Virus record (IMG/VR): IMGVR_UViG_3300028840_007457
Source: an uncultured virus (IMG/VR IMGVR_UViG_3300028840_007457)
Taxonomy: Duplodnaviria > Heunggongvirae > Uroviricota > Caudoviricetes
Length of the DNA: 64,000 bases
Reading direction: 5' to 3' (one strand)
The translations under genes and the position numbers were made by a program. Below the pieces are notes generated by a model. The model was not told the origin of the DNA, made no database searches, and saw only the letters and a program-made list of their open reading frames with translations. This document shows positions 40,640 to 50,577 of the stretch, one piece after another. Every line of letters begins with the position of its first letter. Position 1 is the first letter of the stretch.

Positions 40640-41514
40640 TAATCCATAGTAGCGTCTTCATCTTCCAATTCAGCTTCAGTGAATTCATCTACATCGTTTT
40701 CCATTTCACTTTCTAAAAATTCTGCAAACTTTTCATCAGAGAAATTCAGTTCAGGTAAAATAGAAAACATACCATCATTTATGCGATCTATAGTTGCTGC
40801 ATCCACATAGTATTTTTCAACATCCTCAGGATGAGCTGGGTATACCGGTTCTCCGTAGACACTGATAGCTTTTCCTAGTAGAAGAGCCCCGACATCTACA
40901 TCCACGCAAGTGACTATTTCTTCTTCATCTTCTTTTTCGTTGAAGGTACAGACTAACACGAAAGTATCTGCAATTGACAAGTGAACTACAGGAAGATCTT
41001 TGCTTTCATCTAATTCCGGCTCGACTTTAATATGAATTGAGTAAACTCCGTCTGGCCATTTTGGTATTTTCAGGTTTTCGAGTAAATCTGTATGACTTAA
41101 ATCAGGACAAATTAAAAGTGGCCAATGTTGAGGCCCTCCGATGATAGTCCAATTATCTTCTACTTTCTTAACTACACAAGCTATAGCAAAATGATCTACA
41201 AAAATAGTGCGTAGTGTGTTGGCTTCAGGAGGAGAAAAACTTAAAACGGAAAATCCATATTTTTCTATTTCAGCAATGTGAGGATTTAAGTCTTTAGTAT
41301 TGGTAATGTTGGTAATCTTTTTGAGAGTCTCGTTTCCAGTTGGATTTCCTTCTTCATCAACTTCTATGTAAGTAATAAAATCGCCCACATTTATCTCCAT
41401 ATTGGCAATTCTCATATCATTAGTTCTAGACCCATTTTCTATGGCTTCAAATTCCTCTTTAGAACACTTTCTTTTAATATGTTGAGGTCGCTGTAACATT
41501 TTAGCATTCCTCAT
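40621..41514 (-). CDS. ASCH/DUF3850-like domain protein
   Basis: KCSKEEFEAIENGSRTNDMRIANMEINVGDFITYIE...TG N-terminus. Confidence 0.65.
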   Translation of the reverse strand: MRNAKMLQRPQHIKRKCSKEEFEAIENGSRTNDMRIANMEINVGDFITYIEVDEEGNPTGNETLKKITNITNTKDLNPHIAEIEKYGFSVLSFSPPEANTLRTIFVDHFAIACVVKKVEDNWTIIGGPQHWPLLICPDLSHTDLLENLKIPKWPDGVYSIHIKVEPELDESKDLPVVHLSIADTFVLVCTFNEKEDEEEIVTCVDVDVGALLLGKAISVYGEPVYPAHPEDVEKYYVDAATIDRINDGMFSILPELNFSDEKFAEFLESEMENDVDEFTEAELEDEDATMDYWNEKA

Positions 41515-44314
41515 AACCGCATTGTTGATTAGTACAGTGTGTACAATGGTTTGGTATTTTTAAGAGAGTAGCATTTCCACACTTAGGACAGAGGTCTAGA
41601 TTTTGATAAGCGCTTTCTTTAATAGGGATTTCAGTTTCAGTGTCTTGTTTGCTTTCTAAAGCCACAGCTTCATAACAAGATCCAGTTTTAACTAAGTTTA
41701 TAGCTTCGGTTTCGTTTTTGCACGCTCTTAGCTTTTTAACAAAGCTGAGAATATTTTCTTCACCCATCGGAAGACCAGCTAACGGAAAATCACCTTCCAA
41801 AAAAGAATTGATACACTTGGCTACACCATCGGGTAAGGAACGAACAGCTTCAGGACCATAACCAGTTTGCCCTCTTCCTAAAATACCATCCAATTGCCCC
41901 ATAATAATTTGGAGACGAACTTCTTGAGGAATGGTTATATTATCTGGCCAACGCAAAATAACACTGATTAATCTACCCAGAGCTTGCGAATCTGCACCTA
42001 CGTCCCCTTTTCCACTAGTACAAAAATAATCATATGGCTCACCTGTCACAGGATGGAACCTAACTGTATTGTGCATCGTTCCAATTGGGGTATCTTTAGA
42101 AAAGGTAACACTATGTCCACAATCAATACGTGGTCTTAAAAGAGGGACCATTGTAGTTGGATCTGAGCTGTCTTGTGAAAACACTTCAATTGTAATTTCT
42201 TTGTTGCCAGTAAGAGGATTGTCTGTCTCTACTTTTTTCATTTCAAGTTTTTTAGCTTTTTCATTGTCTTCGTCTTTGACTCTATAAAGTACTTGTCCGC
42301 CGAGTTTACTACCATCTCTGTAAATAGTTCCCCCTTTACACCCCAAATCGTACATAGCCATATAAGCTTCATTTACATCTTTTGTAGTAGCTGATGCTGG
42401 CATATTGATCGTTTTGGAAATACTTGCGTCTATAAAACGTTGTAGAAGAGCCTGAACTTGAACATGTTCTAGCGGAGTAATATCATCTACTATGACAGCA
42501 TAAGAAGGCCAGTTCTTAATAGAAGAGCCAAATTTTTCTTCCATTTCTTCCCAAATATTTATCGTTTCTGTGGTAGTACCAATACGACTTCTAGCTTTCC
42601 ATTTAAAACTAAAATATGGTTCACAGCCTGTACTAGTTCCAAGGAGAGTTCCTACACTACCCGTCGGAGCAATTGTGTTAAGTGTTACATTTCTAATTCC
42701 ACTTCTGTTTATTTTATTTAATATTGAAGGAGGTAGGTCACGCACAAATTTAGATTCAAGATATTTTTCTTTATCAAATTTTGGAAAAAACCCTTTTTCC
42801 TTAGCGAGTTCAGTTGAAACAATATATGATGTATTTCTAAAATGGTTTAACACATTTTCTGTAAATTTAGCAGCTTCTTCGGAACCATAACGTAATCCTA
42901 CCCTCATTAATAATTCTGCATAACCTAAAAATCCTAAACCAATTCTACGTTCTTCTTTAGCCATCTTTTCCATATCAGGATCGTGATACTTATTAGCATC
43001 TAAAATAGTATCGAGAAATCTTACCCCAACAGCTATTGCTTTATCTAATTTATTAAAATCAATTTTAGCAATGGCTTCTATCGCGGTTATTTCTTTTGAT
43101 GGAAATTGTTCTGAATCGCCTCTAATAAATTTAGCAAAATTAAGATGTCCTAAATTGCAAATACCATTTGAAGGCAACGAGATCTCTCCGCACGGATTAG
43201 TCGCGGTAATACGATTGTAATAATAGCTATTTGACATTTGATTAGCACGATCAATAAACCAAAGTCCTGGATCTCCGCACGACCAAGCTGCATATACAAT
43301 TTTATTCCAAATTTCTTTTGCAGGAATAGTTTTATAAGTATTTACTTTTTTACCTAGTTTTTCCCAGGCTTTAATATCTCCATCCCAAACGGTATTATAA
43401 TCTGAGTCAGAAGTTTCTGGAAAGATAAAACTCCAATCTTTGTTTTCTTTAACAGCTTTCATAAAATCATCAGTAATGGCTACACTTACATTGCAGCCTT
43501 CCCAACGCTCTTCTTGCTTAAGAATTTCTTCTTTACAATGCGGACAGTTAAATGACTCTACTTTGCTCTTGAACTCGATAAATTCTATACTATCTGGATG
43601 CCAAATTGGTAAAATACACATTAAGCTGCCTCTGCGACTTCCTCCTTGTTCAACTGTAGTAGATATACTTGAAAAATGATTATTCCAACTACATATTCCA
43701 GAGCTTCTACCATTTACACCACGTACAGGAGCATCACGAGGACGTAAAATAGCACTGTTAAATCCACACCCCCCACCTCTTGAAAATATCTCAAACAGAT
43801 TACCAAAATGTTGGGTTATCCCTTTTCTAGAATCTTCAGGAATAGCTTTAACGAAGCAATTGAAAAGTGTAACGTCTAAGTCAGTACGACCAAAACCAGC
43901 TAAAATTCTACCAGCTGGCATGAAAGCTTCTTCTTTGAGGAACTGTTCTAAATTTACCAAATACTCTTCGTTACTATCCCACTTTGCAGCATTTATAACA
44001 ATACGTTCACAGATATCAAACCAAGATTTTTCTACAAGTATCTCGAATTTTTCCCTACCCATATCTTCCAATGTTTCCCATTGATCTTTTGGAAGAGTTT
44101 CATCTTTTAGTTTTATTTGAAAAGTAGGGATAGAGACAGAATTATATTTTTTAGTAATAATACCAATTTCTCGGCTTTCTTTTTCTTTGCCATCAATTTC
44201 GGATTTTCGATCTAAACTAACAACAACAATATCTCCAACTGATGGCTCTCCGGTGATATCCCGTATGGCATACCGGTCTAACATAACACGATCTCTAACT
44301 GAGGTAGAAGCCAT
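41501..44314 (-). CDS. nrdJ: Class II (adenosylcobalamin-dependent) ribonucleotide reductase
   Basis: PAGRIL, TLFNCFV, QGGSRRG, TNPCGEI, CNLG, TIAPTG, ISKTINMP, YRDGS, C-terminal TSCPD-like domain and CPKC..C..C ribbon. Confidence 0.95.
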   Translation of the reverse strand: MASTSVRDRVMLDRYAIRDITGEPSVGDIVVVSLDRKSEIDGKEKESREIGIITKKYNSVSIPTFQIKLKDETLPKDQWETLEDMGREKFEILVEKSWFDICERIVINAAKWDSNEEYLVNLEQFLKEEAFMPAGRILAGFGRTDLDVTLFNCFVKAIPEDSRKGITQHFGNLFEIFSRGGGCGFNSAILRPRDAPVRGVNGRSSGICSWNNHFSSISTTVEQGGSRRGSLMCILPIWHPDSIEFIEFKSKVESFNCPHCKEEILKQEERWEGCNVSVAITDDFMKAVKENKDWSFIFPETSDSDYNTVWDGDIKAWEKLGKKVNTYKTIPAKEIWNKIVYAAWSCGDPGLWFIDRANQMSNSYYYNRITATNPCGEISLPSNGICNLGHLNFAKFIRGDSEQFPSKEITAIEAIAKIDFNKLDKAIAVGVRFLDTILDANKYHDPDMEKMAKEERRIGLGFLGYAELLMRVGLRYGSEEAAKFTENVLNHFRNTSYIVSTELAKEKGFFPKFDKEKYLESKFVRDLPPSILNKINRSGIRNVTLNTIAPTGSVGTLLGTSTGCEPYFSFKWKARSRIGTTTETINIWEEMEEKFGSSIKNWPSYAVIVDDITPLEHVQVQALLQRFIDASISKTINMPASATTKDVNEAYMAMYDLGCKGGTIYRDGSKLGGQVLYRVKDEDNEKAKKLEMKKVETDNPLTGNKEITIEVFSQDSSDPTTMVPLLRPRIDCGHSVTFSKDTPIGTMHNTVRFHPVTGEPYDYFCTSGKGDVGADSQALGRLISVILRWPDNITIPQEVRLQIIMGQLDGILGRGQTGYGPEAVRSLPDGVAKCINSFLEGDFPLAGLPMGEENILSFVKKLRACKNETEAINLVKTGSCYEAVALESKQDTETEIPIKESAYQNLDLCPKCGNATLLKIPNHCTHCTNQQCGYEEC

Positions 44315-44404
44315 GCTCAGCTCGTCCTTTCCTGATTTTTCAAGAGTTGATCAGAGATGTTTTAGATTACTCTAACCAGGTGGGATTGTTTTACAAACTA
44401 GGGA

Positions 44405-44590
44405 TCAATTTTGATCTGGTAGTGCAGTGCGAACTCCACAACGTTGGCAGCTTAGAGACTCTTCTTTTGGCTTCTCTATTGAACCAGTTCTAAAAGATAC
44501 CCGTTTCATCTTTTGACCACACTTTGGACAATTATCATCGTGGTCGGGGTGAGTATGAGTTGTTTTTTCATTGGTCGTCATTTTCTTCAT
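44405..44590 (-). CDS. Small zinc-ribbon protein
   Basis: CPKC...CQRC. Confidence 0.55.
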   Translation of the reverse strand: MKKMTTNEKTTHTHPDHDDNCPKCGQKMKRVSFRTGSIEKPKEESLSCQRCGVRTALPDQN

Positions 44591-45221
44591 CCTCGTTATC
44601 TACATCTACATCTGCGTCTGATGCAGCTTGTGCTTTTTCTTGAAGAGCTGTAAAGGCTCCTAATTTACCACAAATAGTAGTGGGTGATAGAGGACCATCT
44701 TCTTTGGTTTTAACCTTACAAGCGATAAAAATAGTACCATCATCTTCAATCATATACTTACCAATTTTGGAAATTAGTACTTCTTCTGGGAAGGATGGTT
44801 CTTCTGCAAGAGTTGCTTTTAACTCTTTATTTTTCGCTTGAACGTCTTCTAGTGACTTCTGAAGTGGTTCAATTCTTTTAGAAGCGGTTTCCAATTCTTT
44901 TTTAAATCTCGCATTTTCTTGAGTTAGAATTTCCAGGCGTGATTTTGAATTGTCCAGTTGTTGTTCTAATTCATCTGCTTCAATTTTTAGAGCAGCGTTT
45001 TCCTCTTTTTCAATGGTTAATTTTTCTTCAAGAGAGGTCAATATTTTTGAATTTTCGTTAGGGTCTTTTTCTGAATTTCCACTACTTTGGTTTTGTTTAA
45101 GTTGAGCAATTTCTTGATTCAACTTTTGAATCCTACTTTTTAAGAATTCTTCTGTATCTGGTTTAATCTTCTTGTAAATTGTAATATCTCGTGGGGCTTC
45201 ATCTATTCTTCTTATTGACAT
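44568..45221 (-). CDS. Coiled-coil hypothetical protein
   Basis: Long heptad region; GGAG RBS. Confidence 0.6.
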   Translation of the reverse strand: MSIRRIDEAPRDITIYKKIKPDTEEFLKSRIQKLNQEIAQLKQNQSSGNSEKDPNENSKILTSLEEKLTIEKEENAALKIEADELEQQLDNSKSRLEILTQENARFKKELETASKRIEPLQKSLEDVQAKNKELKATLAEEPSFPEEVLISKIGKYMIEDDGTIFIACKVKTKEDGPLSPTTICGKLGAFTALQEKAQAASDADVDVDNEDEENDDQ

Positions 45222-45234
45222 ATGATTTTTCTCC

Positions 45235-45774
45235 TCACTCTTGGTTAAAAACGTGTTCTACGGCATATTTAGCCATATTTGCTGCGTCTGCTTCGTGTTC
45301 AGTATTAAGATGTTGCCATTCTTTATAAGTTGTGATATCATATTTTCGTTTTATTTTTCCACGTGTAGTTTCTTCTCTAAAACCTACTTCGAAATTTCTA
45401 CTTAACCAGCTTTTGTGAGTAGCAGCTGTTACCAAATCTACAGGTAGGCCACAACTTAAAAATACTTCAACAGCGACACCTATTGCCAGGTTTACAAGTT
45501 CGAGGTTCTTTTTTGATCCACGACGAGGTTGACTGTGAAACCGTTCAATACAAACACAGTCAGGTTGGTGTGTGTTTAGAATTGTGACAATATTTTTTCG
45601 GAAAAAAGAGATGTCTGTAACTTTATCAATTCCATCTGTGACACTACTGTGTGTTAATCCTAATCCTCTAATATAAATCGCCCATCCGAAATTTTCTTTT
45701 CCTGGATCACAACCAAGAGCTTTTCGGTAATTTTTTAGAGGAAGAGATTTTTTAAGGTTGGGAAGAAGAAGCAC
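45235..45774 (-). CDS. RuvC-like Holliday junction resolvase
   Basis: ALGCDPGKENFGWA, VCIERF, HEADA. Confidence 0.8.
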   Translation of the reverse strand: MLLLPNLKKSLPLKNYRKALGCDPGKENFGWAIYIRGLGLTHSSVTDGIDKVTDISFFRKNIVTILNTHQPDCVCIERFHSQPRRGSKKNLELVNLAIGVAVEVFLSCGLPVDLVTAATHKSWLSRNFEVGFREETTRGKIKRKYDITTYKEWQHLNTEHEADAANMAKYAVEHVFNQE

Positions 45775-45814
45775 CGTTTTCTCTGAATTTTTGGTTTTTA
45801 GGCTTCAGTTGTTT

Positions 45815-46477
45815 TTAATATGTAAATACAGTAGCAGGTGTGAGTGGAGAAGCAACTGCATCAATAATTGCCCACCGTTTGTGTTGTTTAAAAAATCCCC
45901 ATAATTGTTTAAGTGCTGCGGCTGCGTCAGCTTGCGTAACAACTGGTGTAGCATAAGTTGCAATATTAACTGGATCTGCTGCAGTATGAATACCAGCATC
46001 AGCAGTGTGCGCATTGAATTTTGTTTTAGCTTGCGTCAAAAAAGCAACCAAAGTAGGCCAATCAGTGGGGGGAACACCAAGTCCTGTTATTTGATGTGTT
46101 CCTACAGGACCAGTATGAAGAGCAGCATCTTTATCGTGAATATTGTAGGATGTATTAAAATTAGTTGCATTTTGCAGCATCAAATTTAGATTCCCCGCAG
46201 CAATGATATCATAATCTTTGGGAAGCGGTGTTATATCTTCTGAAGTATGGAGATCATTGTAAGCATTCACCACAATGATTCCGAGTCTTATGGCAGTTGC
46301 AATTTCTTCTTTTGTTCCATCTCCAAATCTTCTAAAGATATCGCTATCTAAACGAATAGTATTTGTTTTAGGCTTACTAACAGGGGTAAGAGAAATTTCT
46401 ACTGGTAATCTCCAATGACCTTTATGAGCAGTTCCGATTGCCCAAAGGTAGTCACTAACATTTATAATCTGAATCAT
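45815..46477 (-). CDS. Hypothetical (possibly structural) protein
   Basis: 220-aa ORF with repeated His-containing motif (YNIH..H / FNAH..H). Confidence 0.55.
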   Translation of the reverse strand: MIQIINVSDYLWAIGTAHKGHWRLPVEISLTPVSKPKTNTIRLDSDIFRRFGDGTKEEIATAIRLGIIVVNAYNDLHTSEDITPLPKDYDIIAAGNLNLMLQNATNFNTSYNIHDKDAALHTGPVGTHQITGLGVPPTDWPTLVAFLTQAKTKFNAHTADAGIHTAADPVNIATYATPVVTQADAAAALKQLWGFFKQHKRWAIIDAVASPLTPATVFTY

Positions 46478-46491
46478 TTGTCAAAATCCTT

Positions 46492-47454
46492 TCACCGTCG
46501 TACCTGATCTAATTCTCCTACAGGTACCATAGCTGGCGCTTCGTAATGTTGAAGCAGACGAGTTTGCAGGTCCCAACTAGTTAATTGATCAACAGGAGCA
46601 ACCTCTTTAGCATTATAAATTTTCCACTTAGTAGCCCCATCCAAAGAGCATAAAAAATCTCCAGGATTTACTCTTCTAACTTCATCGGTAAGCCAGAAAG
46701 CTTGGCGCTGCCAATCATCATCCATACCCATGTCGCTGAGGACGTTTTGACGGGGTGTAACTGGAATATCTGCCAGTATAGACATGGTCGGCTTATATTG
46801 GTAACGCAGATAAATAAATTTGAAAACAGGACTATCTATGATGGCACTAGCTCTTCTAAGCTCGATTCTAAAATCAATGTAGGGAGTACAAAGGCGACTG
46901 GCTATTTCTTTTTCGTGGGTAAATAAGATCCAAGATGAATCTGTGGAAGCTTTTAAATAGTAGCGAAATTCAGTTCCTTCCAATAATCGATGGCTAACTG
47001 TAAAATCATCCAAAATTCCAATATTTGGTTTTAAATTAATTCGGCCTTCTAGATATCCTGAAGTGGCTTTTGGTATGAGAACAAATCCAGCTGGTTTTTC
47101 GTTGGCCCTATAATTCGGAAGTACGTTGACGGTTTTAACTTCTGGATAAGTGACATCCAAAACTTCTAAGTGAGTACCGTATTTTAAGTAGCCCCCAACT
47201 GTACCGGTACCAAAACAAGCACTACAATGATTGCTCGGACTGGTTTCAATTTGAAAACAGGAGCAACGTCTTCCAACAAACAGTTTGTTAAACAAGAAAA
47301 ACCTAACACCTTGACCTTGTACAGCAATTTGATTCTGAACTTTAATTCGGGGAAGCAGGCGTTCTTTTACTATGGTACCAACTTTTTGATCTAGAACTTG
47401 TGTTGCATCTGCAACGCGGTCATCTCGTCGTAATCGAAAACTTTTGGTACCCAT
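46492..47454 (-). CDS. Putative neck/head-completion protein
   Basis: GRRCSC...CSACFGTG..GGY motif as in large-phage neck proteins; head-closure-like C-terminus. Confidence 0.5.
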   Translation of the reverse strand: MGTKSFRLRRDDRVADATQVLDQKVGTIVKERLLPRIKVQNQIAVQGQGVRFFLFNKLFVGRRCSCFQIETSPSNHCSACFGTGTVGGYLKYGTHLEVLDVTYPEVKTVNVLPNYRANEKPAGFVLIPKATSGYLEGRINLKPNIGILDDFTVSHRLLEGTEFRYYLKASTDSSWILFTHEKEIASRLCTPYIDFRIELRRASAIIDSPVFKFIYLRYQYKPTMSILADIPVTPRQNVLSDMGMDDDWQRQAFWLTDEVRRVNPGDFLCSLDGATKWKIYNAKEVAPVDQLTSWDLQTRLLQHYEAPAMVPVGELDQVRR

Positions 47455-47544
47455 TCTACAGTGCTCTTACTGAGGACAAACTACCCCATTAGAAGGTAAT
47501 TTGTTTTTTGCAATCCGTGTTACTCTCTAATAGGAGAGAAAACC

Positions 47545-48735
47545 ATGCAAATTATTCGAGGAACACAGGCTCGATTCAAAGCTCAGTTTTTGGATTCTGA
47601 TGGAGAGCCACTGGTTTCGGCTGATGAAACCAAGTGGCCAGCTATCGTAATTCGTAATCCTGACGGAGAAGACATTTTTAATGCAGTTGGTAGAAAAATA
47701 GGAACTGAAGGAGAGTATCAATTTGAATGGTTTGTTCCAGTTGATGCTTCTCTAAGCGAAGCTCCAAATAGATGGTCTATTAATTGGTACTTTACAAATG
47801 CGTATGATCATACTAGATCTACAGAACAATTTTTTGATATTGTTGACAAAATAGTTCCGACTGAAGAAGAAGGCCAAGAAATGTACCTAACTAGAATAGG
47901 TACACGAGAAAGATTGGTGCTTCCTTTAGATGTAGAGCCAGCTGAAATTTCTCTTACACTTATGGACGAAAGTTTTAATTCTTTTCTTGTTGTAAATCAA
48001 GTAGCAAACCAACCTAGTGAAGCTTTGGAAAGTGAGCCAATTAAAAATCGGAAAATTGGGCTTGTTATTGAAGACACAATGTACAAATATTATTTTAACA
48101 CTGAACCGTTTTCAACTGCTGGACTCTACAATGCTTTCTGGGCTGTGAGAGATAGTGTTGTTGCTCCTAAAAATGAGGAACAACAAGTCATAAGAGTACC
48201 AGAAAATAAATATTGGTTATTCAATAAAAGTCTTCGTATGTTAATTGATAAATTGCGCAAAAAACTGGTTACATTTCAAGCCTACACTGAAGACCAAATT
48301 TATGAGTTTATGATTCGTGGTCTAGGGTTTGTAAACGGAATAGAGCCAGCTACAGCTTGGGATTTGAGTACTATTCCAGAAAGAGTTGCTTACGGTGTAG
48401 CGGAAGCAATGCTCTTGGCAGCTGCTAAATATGCACTTATATCTCAACAGGTACTTGAAACAGAATTAAGTTTCGACCACAGTGGCCAAACTGTTACCCT
48501 TGCAGTTAATCATGACTATGGTGGAGTAATCGGTCATATTGATACCATGCTGGATAAATTTGCAGAGGCAAAACCACGACTATATAGAATCAGCTGTCCC
48601 ATTGGAATGGTTGGTACAAGACGCTATAACAGAGGATTCAGAAATAAAGTTTGGAAAATTGGAGGAGGTATGGGTGGGGGAGCACTTAACGCAAATGTCT
48701 TAGGTTCCCAGCTAATAATGGCCATGGACCTATAA
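47545..48735 (+). CDS. Putative head-tail adaptor/neck protein with Ig-like N-terminus
   Basis: AGGAG RBS; LRMLID...YTEDQI...VN..P...LSFDHSGQTV adaptor-like C-terminus. Confidence 0.5.
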   Translation: MQIIRGTQARFKAQFLDSDGEPLVSADETKWPAIVIRNPDGEDIFNAVGRKIGTEGEYQFEWFVPVDASLSEAPNRWSINWYFTNAYDHTRSTEQFFDIVDKIVPTEEEGQEMYLTRIGTRERLVLPLDVEPAEISLTLMDESFNSFLVVNQVANQPSEALESEPIKNRKIGLVIEDTMYKYYFNTEPFSTAGLYNAFWAVRDSVVAPKNEEQQVIRVPENKYWLFNKSLRMLIDKLRKKLVTFQAYTEDQIYEFMIRGLGFVNGIEPATAWDLSTIPERVAYGVAEAMLLAAAKYALISQQVLETELSFDHSGQTVTLAVNHDYGGVIGHIDTMLDKFAEAKPRLYRISCPIGMVGTRRYNRGFRNKVWKIGGGMGGGALNANVLGSQLIMAMDL

Positions 48736-48777
48736 TTTCACAACCCAAAAACTAAGAGTCCACAAACGAAAGGAAAA

Positions 48778-49566
48778 ATGATGGCTAATTTTTTTGATTT
48801 AGTAGAGCAAGGAAAGCCAATTTTAATTACTAATCATGGGGCTGGAGTTGTTTTGCTTGAGTTAGAACGTCCCGGAAAAAATAAGAAACCGTACACTGTC
48901 AAAATTCCACAGATTACTAAGTACCCAATCCCCTTTCACAAGATTATTCCACGTCCTATTTTAGAACATGACTCTGACGCTATTTACGAATGGATTAAAA
49001 AAGGTGTATTTAAACTGTGGGAACCTAAAATAGCTAAAAAGAAATTCGGCACCGATGTTGATATGGAAAATGCAATTGTTGAAGTTGTGAACAAAACCAA
49101 TCAGCAGCATCGCTTCGAAGCACCTAAGGCTAAAGGTAAACCATTTAAAACTGCTGCTGGAGCAATGGATTTGGCCAAGACGGTCACAGGAAAAGAAACT
49201 ACAGCTGATTTAGGTTTAACAGATGAGATTGAAGATGATGATGATGATACAGGGCCTATGGGAATAAAGACTACAGAAGATGGAGCAGCACTTTCTCTTT
49301 CTTCTGAAACCACAAGAATTCCACCTAAAATCAAACAAATGATTGCTAGCTTACGTGAAGATAAATCTCTAGCAAAAGAAATACTTCGCGATTTTAAATT
49401 AATGGATGACGATATTATGACTGATGACGCTTTAGGACTTGTTATTCGGAAAACGAAGAAGTTTAAGCCTATTCAAAAATGGGCTAAACAAGAAATGGCT
49501 CGTCGTACCAATGATGCAGTAGTTGAAGAAGAAGACGAAGAAGTTTTATTGGAAAATGACGAGTAA
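48778..49566 (+). CDS. Hypothetical protein
   Basis: 262-aa ORF, AAGGA RBS. Confidence 0.6.
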   Translation: MMANFFDLVEQGKPILITNHGAGVVLLELERPGKNKKPYTVKIPQITKYPIPFHKIIPRPILEHDSDAIYEWIKKGVFKLWEPKIAKKKFGTDVDMENAIVEVVNKTNQQHRFEAPKAKGKPFKTAAGAMDLAKTVTGKETTADLGLTDEIEDDDDDTGPMGIKTTEDGAALSLSSETTRIPPKIKQMIASLREDKSLAKEILRDFKLMDDDIMTDDALGLVIRKTKKFKPIQKWAKQEMARRTNDAVVEEEDEEVLLENDE

Positions 49567-49644
49567 ACTTTAAGTTTTTTCGGTTGCCCCAGTTCAAAAT
49601 CCATTTTAGCTCAAAATCCATTTTTCTGAGTTGGGAGCAATTTC

Positions 49645-50577
49645 ATGGCAGATGTTGAAAGATTACTAGTACCATATTTTAGTAGTGCTACAGGTTTTAG
49701 TAGACAAACTGTTGGAAGTGTAGCTGAACAAATTGTTAATGGTCAACCTCCAGAAAGTGATCAAACAACTCCTCCTCGTCATGCATATCATTATAGAGCG
49801 CCAGATATTTTAACAACTAGAGTAGGTCTAAGAAGAGGGATTTATATTAAACTATTTTGTAATCCTTCCAGTGGAAATTGGACGCTCACTAAAAGAGGTA
49901 ATTTTACTAAGACTGCTGGAGGAGGAGTTCACAATACTTGGAGGAATCGCCATAGGGGTTCATATTTTGATGTTTTCCCTTTAGCTTTAGAATTTCAGTC
50001 TGGAAATATTCACCCAAGTGCTGGTCATAATGTAGATTTGATGGATACTGAGCGAGCTATTTTGGCCCGCAATAATCCAAGATTGCCTCCTGGTTTGGAT
50101 AATTGGTACAAATTTCTAGCATTGGCCAATTCCAGCTCTTTAGACGGAAATGATCCTAATTATGTAATCTTAATTTATCATAGTAGAGTTTTTCCAAATT
50201 TATGGATTGAAGGCTTCTTTTCGGATGACTCTATTAGCTTCAATGAAGATGCCTATGCTAACGCCAATATGTTAAAATGGAGTGCTACTTTAATGGTGGT
50301 GCGTACAGCTCCTCCAATTCATAATTATGGTCTTATGAGGGCGATGTATATTGATTACATTAGAAATACAAATGCCAGAGAAGCCAGCCCCTTAGAAATA
50401 GCAGCTTATAATGAAGACCGTGAATGGCGAAATGCTAGAGAAATATTTGAACAGAGTCTTAATAAATTGGACGCTAAAGTTGCTCGAACAGAAGGTCAAC
50501 CTAGTAAATACCAAAAATTTAAAGCTGGTACTACAGGTACAGAAATTTCTGAACAAGGAGTAAACGTTTTAGCTTAA
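49645..50577 (+). CDS. Putative tail-tube-like/baseplate protein
   Basis: LFCNPS...TKTAGG...W...IEGFF...FNEDA pattern resembling tube-initiator proteins. Confidence 0.45.
   Translation: MADVERLLVPYFSSATGFSRQTVGSVAEQIVNGQPPESDQTTPPRHAYHYRAPDILTTRVGLRRGIYIKLFCNPSSGNWTLTKRGNFTKTAGGGVHNTWRNRHRGSYFDVFPLALEFQSGNIHPSAGHNVDLMDTERAILARNNPRLPPGLDNWYKFLALANSSSLDGNDPNYVILIYHSRVFPNLWIEGFFSDDSISFNEDAYANANMLKWSATLMVVRTAPPIHNYGLMRAMYIDYIRNTNAREASPLEIAAYNEDREWRNAREIFEQSLNKLDAKVARTEGQPSKYQKFKAGTTGTEISEQGVNVLA

Noticed and set aside
41501..44314. Intein or intron in nrdJ
   Set aside because: Motifs are contiguous; only a short CPHC insert, no intein splice motifs seen.
15518..44375. Numerous short + strand ORFs antisense to long minus-strand genes
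   Set aside because: No RBS or recognisable motifs; typical antisense shadow frames (35075..35269 is kept as an exception).
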